Source of the DNA: a bacterium CG2_30_37_16
GTDB taxonomy: Bacteria; Patescibacteriota; CPR2
Assembly: GCA_001872945.1 (NCBI GenBank)
Contig: MNYC01000049.1
Coordinates: forward strand, 1 to 38,410
Length of the DNA: 38,410 bases
Direction of reading: 5' to 3'
In this document: piece after piece, positions 1 through 8,626 of the stretch
Numbering within the stretch: position 1 is the first letter of the stretch
Layout: every line of letters starts with the position of its first letter
Program-made: the position numbers and the translations under genes
Notes under the pieces: model-generated
What the model saw: only the letters and a program-made list of their open reading frames with translations
What the model was told of the DNA's origin: nothing
Database searches by the model: none

Positions 1-1
1 G

Positions 2-193
2 TATAATGACTATATGCCTCCTTACGAGAAACTGAAATCTCTTCCTAATGCCAGCCAGTATTTAAAGGATGGTAACACCTTTGAGGAGTTGGATAAAACA
101 GCCTACCAAGCGAGTGATAATGAGGCCGCCAAAGTAATGCAAAAAGAGAAAGAAAAGTTATTTAAAATAATGAAAAGAAAGGAGAATTTCTAG
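2..193 (+). mobile_element. C-terminal fragment of an integrase-core/DDE transposase (runs off the window's left edge)
   Basis: Frame 2 is open from the edge to TAG at 191-193: YNDYMPPYEKLKSLPNASQYLKDGNTFEELDKTAYQASDNEAAKVMQKEKEKLF. This resembles the PYEKLKSLP..YLK.G.TF..LD..A...SDNEAA C-terminus I recall from integrase-core IS transposases. Not in the ORF track. Confidence 0.7.
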
Positions 194-220
194 TAAGAAT
201 TTTCCTGCACCAAAACACTC

Positions 221-251
221 CGTTTAGTCCGATTATTGGATTAGAATTGAC
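221..251 (+). repeat. Possible right terminal inverted repeat of the IS
   Basis: CGTTTAGTCCGATTATTGGATTAGAATTGAC lies just after the transposase stop and resembles ends of this IS type. The partner end is outside the window. Confidence 0.3.
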
Positions 252-269
252 TTGTTAACAAGGTATTAT

Positions 270-1184
270 TTAAACGTTTAAAATCTTGCCATCTAACCGC
301 TTGTAGCCGTTTGCAAAAGCTGCATGGTCCATTTCTTTTCTGCCGGATGGCTGGATAAGTAAGATCCTTAAATAGTAGTCACTTGCAGAAACAAAAATCT
401 CATTGCATTTTATTGTAATTTGACCAGGTTTGTTTGAAGGAATATTCGACATTTCCGCTTTCTTAATAATTAATTTAAGGTTATCCATGTTAGTAAAACA
501 TGTTGGCCAATTGGCGAAGGCTTTAATTTTAGCGTTAATAAGGTGGGCTTTTTCATTCCAATTAATTAGACCGTCATTTTTAGAAATAATTGATGTCCGG
601 CTTGCCATTTTTTCATTCTGTAATAAGGGCTTAAGTTTTTCAAAATCTTGCATCACTTCTTTTAATAACTTACCGCCATCTACGGCTAATTTGTGACTTA
701 ATGTGGTATAGTTATCATCTGAAGATATTTCTATTTTCGATTGTTTAAATATGGGGCCGGAATCGAGTTTACTCGTAATTTTAATTACCGAATTTCCGGT
801 TACTTTGTCTTCGTTTAGAAGAGTTTGTTGAATAGGCGAAGGGCCGCGATATTTGGGGAGGAGAGAAGGATGTAAATTTAGTGACTCCGAGCGCGGCATT
901 TTTAAAATATCATCAGAAATAATTTGTCCGAAAGCTGCTACCACAAAAAAATCGCAGGGTAACTTTTCCAGCTTTTCTTTATCCGAGTTAATTTTGGGAC
1001 TTTTTATAATTTTTAGGTTGGCATTATTTGCAAAAGTGGCTACCGGATTGGGAGATAAAGTTAAAGATCTTCCTTTGGGCTTGTCCGTCTCCGTAATGAC
1101 AGCCTCAATTTTAAAATCTTTTAGCAAAATTTCTAAAACAGTCTTTGAAAAATCACTAGAACCGAAAAAAATGATAGATTTCAT
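270..1184 (-). CDS. fmt: Methionyl-tRNA formyltransferase
   Basis: FFGSSDFS, AFGQII and NLHPSLLPKYRGPSPIQ motifs; downstream of def. Confidence 0.97.
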   Translation of the reverse strand: MKSIIFFGSSDFSKTVLEILLKDFKIEAVITETDKPKGRSLTLSPNPVATFANNANLKIIKSPKINSDKEKLEKLPCDFFVVAAFGQIISDDILKMPRSESLNLHPSLLPKYRGPSPIQQTLLNEDKVTGNSVIKITSKLDSGPIFKQSKIEISSDDNYTTLSHKLAVDGGKLLKEVMQDFEKLKPLLQNEKMASRTSIISKNDGLINWNEKAHLINAKIKAFANWPTCFTNMDNLKLIIKKAEMSNIPSNKPGQITIKCNEIFVSASDYYLRILLIQPSGRKEMDHAAFANGYKRLDGKILNV

Positions 1185-1185
1185 G

Positions 1186-1707
1186 TTATAGCATCTTCAT
1201 TTGTTTATTAATTAGTGTTCCATCCTTTGACAAGGTGTATATTTTATCTTCGTCTGTAATATAATCTATGAATAAAATTCCATTTAGATGGTCAATCTCA
1301 TGTTGTAAAATTCTGGCCATTAGTCCATCCATGCTTAAGATTAAATTTTCCCCTCTAAGATTTTGAGCACTAACTTTTACTTTTTTAGGCCTCATTACGA
1401 ACCCGTATTTTTGAGGCACGCTCATGCATCCTTCTAGGTCCTCTTCCGCCGTTTTTGACTTTTTTACAATCTTCGGATTAGCAAGGGCAATGTATTCGTC
1501 ATCTTCCTTAAGCACAATTAGTCTTACCGGATAGCCAATTTGAACTGCCGCCAAAGCTACGCCCGCTTCATTTTGATTGCCATAAGATCCAATCGTATCA
1601 GCCATATCCAAAGCAATTTTTTCTATGTCCTTATTAAAAACCTTAATTTCTGAAGATTTGTTTCTTAATGTGTCGTCTGGAATTGTGATAATTTGTTTTT
1701 TTGGCAT
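1186..1707 (-). CDS. def: Peptide deformylase
   Basis: GVALAAVQIG, EGCMS and QHEIDHLNG motifs. Confidence 0.97.
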   Translation of the reverse strand: MPKKQIITIPDDTLRNKSSEIKVFNKDIEKIALDMADTIGSYGNQNEAGVALAAVQIGYPVRLIVLKEDDEYIALANPKIVKKSKTAEEDLEGCMSVPQKYGFVMRPKKVKVSAQNLRGENLILSMDGLMARILQHEIDHLNGILFIDYITDEDKIYTLSKDGTLINKQMKML

Positions 1708-1709
1708 AA

Positions 1710-3671
1710 TTAGTTAAGTAAATTTGTTGGATCAACATCTACAGAACCAGAAACGTTCTTTAAGAAATCCCAATCGGTTTTGGTGTATTTGTCAAATTTT
1801 AATATTAGTATATATCTATATTTATTATTAACTCTGGGAATAAATGACGGTACGGGTCCTTCAACATTGATCCCACTACTTTGCAGATAATTAAAATCTT
1901 TAAGGGCACTTTTGAGTGCAATGTTTTTATCCTCATCATTATATGATATTTTGACAAATTTAGCAAAAGGCGGGTAATTGTGTTTTTTCCTGTTTGAAAC
2001 CTCGAAGTTATAAAAATTTTCAGTATCATATTTGGCGCTTGCTATTATGGCCAAATTGTCCGGACAATAGGTCTGAATAACAACTTCGCCTTCATCTCCC
2101 TTTTTTCTGCCGGCCCTACCTGATACCTGCACCAATAATTGGTGGGTTTTTTCCTCAGCTCTAAAATCCGGCAAATATAATGCATTGTCTGCATTAATGA
2201 CACCTACAAGTGATACGTTGCCGATATCCCATCCTTTAGCGATCATTTGAGTTCCTATTAAGACGTCAATTTTGTGATTTAAAAAATCATGATAGATTTC
2301 CCCATGTGAGCCTCTTTTTGACGTAGAATCTTTATCCATTCTCTTAATTATCGCATCGGGAAATAATTTATTTAGTTCATATTCGATTTTTTGGGTTCCT
2401 TTGCCGTAATATTTTATTGAATAGCTCTTACAAATTAAACATGAGGACGGAATATTTTGAGTAACCCCGCAGTGATGACAAATCAGCTTATTTGAATCGA
2501 GATGGTATGTAAATGGTATGTCGCAAGCGGGGCATTTATAGACCCAACCGCAATCTTTGCATGAAATATATGTTGATGCGCCGCGTCTGTTTAAAAAAAG
2601 CATTATCTGTTTTTTGGAGCCTAAGGCTTCTTCCATTTTTTCTTGAAGAATTGATGAAAATGGGCCATAATTTTTGTTTCGAAATTCATCTTTTAAGTCC
2701 ACGACGGTAATTTTAGGCGGTTTATTTTCGGTTACCCGCTTGGGAAGCTTTAATAATTTATATTTACCGCTGGTAGCTTCGGAATATGTGTCTATGCTTG
2801 GAGTGGCCGAACCCAACACCAAAGTTGATTTTGTTATAGAGGCAATCTTTTCGGCAACTGTTCTGGCATGATAGCAAGGAGCTTGATCCTGCTTAAAGGA
2901 ACTTTCTTGTTCTTCGTCAATAATTATGATTCCCAAATTTTCCAGCGGCGAAAAAATGGCTGATCTGGAGCCAATTACTATCGTTTTCTTACCGGACTGT
3001 AGTTCCTGCCACATTGAGTGTTTTTCAGTTTCTTTAAGGTCGGAATGCCAAAGGGCAACTTTGCCTTGAAATCTGTTCTCGAAATAATTAAATGTTTGGG
3101 GGGTTAAAGAAATTTCCGGTACTAAAACAATGGCTTTCTTGCCCTTCTTTAGCGTTTCGCTAATTAAATGAGCATAAATTTCAGTCTTACCGGAACCGGT
3201 AACTCCAAAAATTAGAAACTTGCTTTGTGTATTACTGTTTAAACTTTCGTTAATTGTGTTAAAAACAGCCGATTGATCCGGAGTAAGTTCTTTTAAATCT
3301 ATAATCTTCTTTTCACCTTTCTTTTTATCGGAAATTGCTCTTCTGTTTTTTGTAAAAAGATTAAGGGGAATAACGGATGATAGCGCAGATCCGTATGAGG
3401 TTATATAATATTCGCTAATGAAATCAATGATTTTAAGTAAATGGTCAGGAACCTTATCGTTTAAGAGAACTTTCTCCAATTTTTTTGTTGTGAAAGGAGG
3501 TTTTGTCTTTGTAACCTCTAGTACCAGGCCGGCAATTTTTTTATTTCTAAACGGAACTAAAACAATTTGTCCGACATTAATTTGACCGAACAGTTCTTTC
3601 GGAATTTCGTAAGTATAAGAACCGCCCGAGCTCTTTATGTTAACACCAACAGCAACTTTAGCAAAAATCAT
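1710..3671 (-). CDS. priA: Primosomal protein N' (replication restart helicase)
   Basis: GVTGSGKTE, DEEQ box, LNRRG, four CxxC pairs, QVSGRAGR, C-terminal DVDP. Confidence 0.97.
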   Translation of the reverse strand: MIFAKVAVGVNIKSSGGSYTYEIPKELFGQINVGQIVLVPFRNKKIAGLVLEVTKTKPPFTTKKLEKVLLNDKVPDHLLKIIDFISEYYITSYGSALSSVIPLNLFTKNRRAISDKKKGEKKIIDLKELTPDQSAVFNTINESLNSNTQSKFLIFGVTGSGKTEIYAHLISETLKKGKKAIVLVPEISLTPQTFNYFENRFQGKVALWHSDLKETEKHSMWQELQSGKKTIVIGSRSAIFSPLENLGIIIIDEEQESSFKQDQAPCYHARTVAEKIASITKSTLVLGSATPSIDTYSEATSGKYKLLKLPKRVTENKPPKITVVDLKDEFRNKNYGPFSSILQEKMEEALGSKKQIMLFLNRRGASTYISCKDCGWVYKCPACDIPFTYHLDSNKLICHHCGVTQNIPSSCLICKSYSIKYYGKGTQKIEYELNKLFPDAIIKRMDKDSTSKRGSHGEIYHDFLNHKIDVLIGTQMIAKGWDIGNVSLVGVINADNALYLPDFRAEEKTHQLLVQVSGRAGRKKGDEGEVVIQTYCPDNLAIIASAKYDTENFYNFEVSNRKKHNYPPFAKFVKISYNDEDKNIALKSALKDFNYLQSSGINVEGPVPSFIPRVNNKYRYILILKFDKYTKTDWDFLKNVSGSVDVDPTNLLN

Positions 3672-3677
3672 AGGCTT

Positions 3678-3705
3678 ATTTTAACAGGTTGGCACAATTT
3701 TCCAA
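3678..3705 (-). promoter_or_regulatory. Sigma70-type promoter for priA-def-fmt; predicts a leaderless mRNA
   Basis: Minus strand: TTGGAA-16-TAAAAT (extended -10, TGt) followed by 6 nt and the ATG. Confidence 0.55.
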
Positions 3706-3770
3706 GATTAAGCTTTACTTTATACCCTTTTTTACCTATTATTATGGAGATTAAAAATAGGTAGAGTTAC

Positions 3771-5075
3771 ATGAAGAGAAAATGGTTAAAATTGTTTCTT
3801 ATTTTTTTATTGGCCTCAGGCTGCCTTATTGCTGTTGTGCCGAAAAAATATAGAGATAAAACTAGGATCAAATTGCCCAGTGATGTCAAAATTAAGCTCG
3901 GCTTGGATTTGCAGGGAGGCTCTCATATAGCCTATGAAGCTGATTTGGGTAAATACAATGCGGCGAACGATAAAGATAAAGCTATGGAAAGCTTGCGCAA
4001 TGTAATTGACAAAAGAGTCAACGCGTTGGGAATTGCAGAACCCAATATTTACACAACGGCTTTTGGAAATACGAGAAGAATTGTAATTGAGTTACCCGGT
4101 GTTGACGTGAATCAGGCTAAGGATTTAATTGGAAAAACAGCCAATTTAGAGTTTAAAGTTCCTTCTACCGATAGTTCGGCATGGGTAACGTCTAGTCTTA
4201 CCGGGAAAAACTTAAAAAAAGCGAATGTTGTTTTTGACCCGCAAACTAATGCGCCTCAAGTTTCGATTCAGTTTGATTCTGAAGGTGGTAAAATGTTTGC
4301 CGATATGACAAAAGCGAATGTTGGTAAAAATATTGGTATATTTCTTGATGGAGAGCTTGTTTCCGCGCCGACGGTTCAAACAGAAATTGTTGACGGTAAT
4401 GCTGTTATCACCGGCGGTTTTGACTACAAAGAAGCTAATAATTTAAAAATACAATTAAATGCGGGAGCTTTGCCGGTTAACGTCAAGCTTGTTGAAGAAC
4501 GTACGGTAGGAGCTACTTTGGGGCAGGAATCAGTCAAAAAAAGTTTATTTGCCGGTTCTTTAGCTTTGCTGTTCGTTTTCTTATTCATGACAGTTTACTA
4601 TCGTTTGCTGGGCTTCATTGCTTCAATTGCTCTTATAATATATACCTTAATAGTCATAGCCATTTTTAAAGGGGCATTATTTATCTTTCCGCCGGTTACT
4701 CTAACTTTGGCCGGTATAGCAGCATTTATTTTGTCAATTGGAATGGCGGTAGATGCTAATATTTTGATTTTTGAAAGGATGAAGGAAGAATTTAGATCCG
4801 GCAAAGGTTATGCAGCGGCTCTTGAGTCCGGTTTTAAAAGAGCTTGGCCATCTATTAGAGATTCAAACACCTCAACGCTCATTACCAGTGTGATCTTAAT
4901 TGCTTTTGGTACTACCGCAATTAAAGGCTTTGCTTACACGCTACTTATTGGTGTTGGCGTCTCAATGTTCACGGCAATCATAATAACCAGAACGCTTCTT
5001 AAGTCGATAATTAATACCCGTTTTACTAAAATACCAAAGCTGTTTGGGTTTCATGTTTTAGGAGGTGACAAATGA
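3771..5075 (+). CDS. secD: Protein translocase subunit SecD
   Basis: KLGLDLQGG, IGMAVDANILIFERMKEE and IRDSNTSTLI motifs; transmembrane segments. Confidence 0.97.
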   Translation: MKRKWLKLFLIFLLASGCLIAVVPKKYRDKTRIKLPSDVKIKLGLDLQGGSHIAYEADLGKYNAANDKDKAMESLRNVIDKRVNALGIAEPNIYTTAFGNTRRIVIELPGVDVNQAKDLIGKTANLEFKVPSTDSSAWVTSSLTGKNLKKANVVFDPQTNAPQVSIQFDSEGGKMFADMTKANVGKNIGIFLDGELVSAPTVQTEIVDGNAVITGGFDYKEANNLKIQLNAGALPVNVKLVEERTVGATLGQESVKKSLFAGSLALLFVFLFMTVYYRLLGFIASIALIIYTLIVIAIFKGALFIFPPVTLTLAGIAAFILSIGMAVDANILIFERMKEEFRSGKGYAAALESGFKRAWPSIRDSNTSTLITSVILIAFGTTAIKGFAYTLLIGVGVSMFTAIIITRTLLKSIINTRFTKIPKLFGFHVLGGDK

Positions 5076-5965
5076 ATATCATAGGTAAAAGAAAGTATTT
5101 ATACTTGCTGTCTCTTATAGTAATTATTCCCGGCGTAATTTCTTTATCAATTTGGAAGTTAAAACTTTCAATAGATTTCACGGGTGGTTCAGTAACGGAA
5201 GTATCCGGAACTACTAACCAAGATAAGGTTCGAGCTATCGCCGATAAGAATGGTTATCAAAATATTATAATTGCTGCCTCTGACAAAGTTCTTATTATGA
5301 AGACTAAGGAAATTCCCGATGCAAATCACAGGAAATTTATGGCTGAACTAATTAAAGAAATACCGACTGCTAAGGAAAACCGTTTCGAAAGTGTTGGCCC
5401 GTCAATTTCTAAGACTTTAGAGCGAAATGCTTTTTATACGGTGGCACTCGCTTCAGTCTTTATCGTGATTTTTCTTTCAATGGCTTTTAAAAAGGTTTCA
5501 AAACCATTAAATTCATGGGAATTTGGTTTGATGGCCGTAGTTGCATTGATTCATGACGTAATTGTGGTCGTGGGAATCTTTTCCATGCTTGGCCATTTTT
5601 TCGGTATAGAGATTGATAGCATGTTTATTACGGCTATATTAACCATTATTGGATTTTCGGTTCATGACACCATTGTTGTGTATGATAGAATTAGGGAAAA
5701 GGCTATAAAAGAGGGTGTGGATAATTTTGAACAACTGGTAAACAAAAGTTTGCTTGAGACTCTCACCAGATCAATTAATACTTCATTAACGGTAATTCTA
5801 ACTCTTCTTATTTTATTCTTGTTTGGCGGCGAATCAATTAAAATTTTTGTTCTGGCATTGCTCGTGGGCATAGCTACGGGGACTTATTCATCAATATTTG
5901 TGGCAAGTGCATTACTCGTAGACTCCTTTAAATTGAAAGGTAAATTAAAGACTAAAAATGCTTAA
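5072..5965 (+). CDS. secF: Protein translocase subunit SecF
   Basis: SIDFTGG, IHDVI, GFSVHDTIVVYDRIRE and GTYSSIFVA motifs; ATGA overlap with secD. Confidence 0.97.
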   Translation: MNIIGKRKYLYLLSLIVIIPGVISLSIWKLKLSIDFTGGSVTEVSGTTNQDKVRAIADKNGYQNIIIAASDKVLIMKTKEIPDANHRKFMAELIKEIPTAKENRFESVGPSISKTLERNAFYTVALASVFIVIFLSMAFKKVSKPLNSWEFGLMAVVALIHDVIVVVGIFSMLGHFFGIEIDSMFITAILTIIGFSVHDTIVVYDRIREKAIKEGVDNFEQLVNKSLLETLTRSINTSLTVILTLLILFLFGGESIKIFVLALLVGIATGTYSSIFVASALLVDSFKLKGKLKTKNA

Positions 5966-6632
5966 TAATTTGGATGGATGCGATAAGGGTCAGCTGTATC
6001 ACAACTTAAAGCCGGACGAAATATCGCATGTGCTTTCGAGTTTAATATCTAAAGAATATAAAAAAGGGCAAACAGTTTCTTCTTCGGAAAATGCGCCAGC
6101 TAAAATTTTTATTCTAAAAAAGGGAATGATAGAAATCTCTCAGCTCTCCAAAGAGGGTAAAAAGGTAATCATAGAGATTGTCAGGCCAGGAGGCATATTT
6201 GCAAATACTTCTTTTTCCTTTGAGGAAGATGAGGAATACAGCGACTTTGTTGAAGCGACATTGCCCTCGATTGTTTGTGAAATATCCAAAGATGATTTTA
6301 AAAAACTTGTTTCAAAAATTCCTCAACTGGCTATTAATTATATCAATATCATAGGCTTAAAATTGACAATGTCCGATGTTAGAATTAGGGATTTGGCTTT
6401 GCTGGATATTAAGAGTCGTTTAAAGCATGAATTAACTCACATGGCCAGGACTGTTGGCTTTGATAAGGGTGAATACTATGTTATACGGGGAAAAGTAACT
6501 CACGAGGACCTAGCTTCAATTATTGGAGCTTCAAGGGAGACCGTAACTAAGGCACTTCACAAATTAAAAGATGAGGGCTTTATTGACCACGATAAACTAA
6601 ACAGATTAATAGTAAGAATAAAAAAGATGTAA
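5958..6632 (+). CDS. Crp/Fnr family transcriptional regulator
   Basis: cNMP-binding-type N-terminal domain and C-terminal HTH THEDLASIIGASRETVTKAL; overlaps the secF end. Confidence 0.93.
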   Translation: MLNNLDGCDKGQLYHNLKPDEISHVLSSLISKEYKKGQTVSSSENAPAKIFILKKGMIEISQLSKEGKKVIIEIVRPGGIFANTSFSFEEDEEYSDFVEATLPSIVCEISKDDFKKLVSKIPQLAINYINIIGLKLTMSDVRIRDLALLDIKSRLKHELTHMARTVGFDKGEYYVIRGKVTHEDLASIIGASRETVTKALHKLKDEGFIDHDKLNRLIVRIKKM

Positions 6633-6636
6633 TTTT

Positions 6637-6679
6637 TGTGATATTTCTCATAGACTAAACTTAATTAATGCCCTATTAT
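6637..6679 (+). promoter_or_regulatory. CRP-type box plus sigma70 promoter in class II geometry
   Basis: TGTGA-tatttc-TCATA at 6637-6652 (9/10 to TGTGA-N6-TCACA); -35 TAGACT 6651-6656, 17-bp spacer, -10 TATTAT 6674-6679. The box centre is at -41.5 for +1 = 6686. Confidence 0.75.
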
Positions 6680-6685
6680 GATCTT

Positions 6686-6888
6686 AACTAATCTTTACTA
6701 GGGGTTTTAAAAGATCCGTCAAATAAGGATAGAAAGATTCGATCTTCTTGGGCCGTCGTGGCGACTCAGGGGTAGAAAAAAAGTGCTTTTAAGGGGTCTT
6801 AACTAGCTCTTAGGAAGATTGGTATGTAAAAAATATCCGAAAGGAGGGGGCTCAAAGCTTCGGCTGGACTACATGCCGGGGCTTTTTT
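6686..6888 (+). ncRNA. Putative ~200-nt structured ncRNA (6S RNA-like long hairpin with central bubble)
   Basis: Own promoter and terminator, no credible ORF. 6687-6717 pairs with 6794-6823 using G-U pairs, around a purine-rich bubble and an apical stem at about 6743-6776. Confidence 0.6.
6854..6888 (+). terminator. Rho-independent terminator
   Basis: AAAGCTTCGGC-10 nt loop-GCCGGGGCTTT followed by a T tract. Confidence 0.8.
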
Positions 6889-6890
6889 GT

Positions 6891-6919
6891 TTGATAAAAA
6901 AAATATTAATGGTTATACT
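6891..6919 (+). promoter_or_regulatory. recJ promoter; predicts a leaderless mRNA
   Basis: TTGATA-17-TATACT, then 6 nt to the ATG at 6926. Confidence 0.65.
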
Positions 6920-6925
6920 TACGAT

Positions 6926-8626
6926 ATGCAAAAAATAAAAGCGAAAAAATGGATAGTAAAGCTGAGGCCTTCCATAAACAAGTTAGCTAAAAAATACGAT
7001 GAAATTACCGCAATGCTTCTGTATAACAGAGGAATCGAGTTAGAGGAGCTTGCACAAGAGTTTTTAGATCCTGATTTCTATAATATACCCAATCCCATGA
7101 TTATTCCCGGTATGAAAAAAGGAACAGCTAGAATTATTCAGGCAATAGATAAAAAGGAAAAAATTTGTATTTATGGCGACTACGATGTGGATGGTGTAAC
7201 GGCAACAGCGCTTCTTATGAGTTTGTTTTCTAAAATAGGGATGGAAGTCGAATATTATATCCCATCTCGTATTGATGAAGGCTACGGCTTGAGTAAAAAA
7301 GTAATTCAAGAATTGGCAAAGAGCGGGGTCAACCTAATTATTACTGTTGATTGCGGTATCACAGCAGTTGATGAGGTTGGGGAGGCTAATTCTCTAGGTA
7401 TAGATGTTGTTATAACCGATCATCACGAACCTCCAGCAAAGCTTCCACAAGCAGTTTCCATTATTCATCCGGCGCTAAAGGGTAGTAAATACCCAACGAA
7501 AAATTTAGCCGGCGTGGGTGTTGCTTATAAGTTCGCCCAAGCTATTATGGAACAAATTAATTATTCAAAAAAGGTTGAGTTTTTAAAGTGGTCGCTTGAC
7601 TTAGTTGCTTTGGGAACGGTAGCAGATTTAGTGCCCTTACTTGGCGAAAATAGGGTGCTCGTTTATTACGGTTTAGTCGTTTTATCGAAGACAAATAGAA
7701 TCGGACTAAGGAAATTGTTTGAAGTTTCTTCAATTGACCCCATGGAGATGGACAGTTATAAAATTGCATTTCAACTAGCGCCAAGGATAAACGCTGCCGG
7801 AAGACTTTCTCACGCAAAAGAAGGATTAGAGCTTCTTTTAACGGATGACGAAGAAAGAGCAAAAGTATTAGCGGAGCATTTGTCAAAGCTAAATAGCGAG
7901 AGGCAGAAAAAAACTGAAAAAATTTTAATGGAGGCTTTTGGCAAAATTGATAATTTACCCGAAGACATGAAATTTATTGTATTACATTCGCCATTATGGT
8001 CCAGCGGAATTATTGGAATAGTCGCATCAAAAATTGTTGAGGCTTATGCTAGGCCGGTAATATTGCTTGAGGAAAACGGAGATGTATTTCATGGCTCCGG
8101 CAGGTCTATAGCAACCGTTGACCTATATAAAATATTGTCCAAATTGGAATCTCATTTTGTAAATTTCGGCGGTCATAAAATGGCAGCAGGAGTAACAATA
8201 AATAAAGCAAATTACGAAAATTTTCTTGAGCAACTGCATAAAATATGCAGCCAATCGATTAATAACGAAGACTTGGTTAATTTGGTTAAGATTGAGGCCC
8301 AGATAAACTTCAATCAAATTGATTATTCATTGCTTAAGACGATAGATAAGTTTAAACCCTTTGGAAATGAAAATCCGGCTCCAATTTTTATGACCGAAAA
8401 ACTGTTTGTAAAATATTTTGATTTAGTCGGTAAAAATAAGAACCACATTAAGCTATCATTGGTTGATGAATCAGGACTATCTTTTCATGCTATTGGTTTT
8501 GGCATGGGCGACGTCGAAATATCGTCCGGGGACGTAGTGGATATTGCATACAAACTCCATTTAAATGAATGGAACAATATGAAAAATATCGATTTAGTTA
8601 TTGAAGACATATGTGTAAAGAAATAG
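6926..8626 (+). CDS. recJ: Single-stranded-DNA-specific exonuclease RecJ
   Basis: GDYDVDG, TVDCG, TDHH, GTVAD, PRINAAGR and GGHKMAAG motifs. Start moved to ATG 6926 because the track's TTG 6887 lies in the terminator tail. Confidence 0.96.
   Translation: MQKIKAKKWIVKLRPSINKLAKKYDEITAMLLYNRGIELEELAQEFLDPDFYNIPNPMIIPGMKKGTARIIQAIDKKEKICIYGDYDVDGVTATALLMSLFSKIGMEVEYYIPSRIDEGYGLSKKVIQELAKSGVNLIITVDCGITAVDEVGEANSLGIDVVITDHHEPPAKLPQAVSIIHPALKGSKYPTKNLAGVGVAYKFAQAIMEQINYSKKVEFLKWSLDLVALGTVADLVPLLGENRVLVYYGLVVLSKTNRIGLRKLFEVSSIDPMEMDSYKIAFQLAPRINAAGRLSHAKEGLELLLTDDEERAKVLAEHLSKLNSERQKKTEKILMEAFGKIDNLPEDMKFIVLHSPLWSSGIIGIVASKIVEAYARPVILLEENGDVFHGSGRSIATVDLYKILSKLESHFVNFGGHKMAAGVTINKANYENFLEQLHKICSQSINNEDLVNLVKIEAQINFNQIDYSLLKTIDKFKPFGNENPAPIFMTEKLFVKYFDLVGKNKNHIKLSLVDESGLSFHAIGFGMGDVEISSGDVVDIAYKLHLNEWNNMKNIDLVIEDICVKK

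Noticed and set aside
6686-6888. Reading this region as a recJ riboswitch, SRP RNA, tRNA or small-peptide gene (AAGGAGG at 6841)
   Set aside because: I see no known aptamer or SRP motifs, recJ has its own promoter after the terminator, and no start codon follows the SD-like sequence
6887-6925. ORF-track upstream starts for recJ (6887), rpsU (13847), nrdR (18972) and the ORF at 32416
   Set aside because: They fall inside a terminator, SD or promoter; downstream starts fit the signals and family N-termini better
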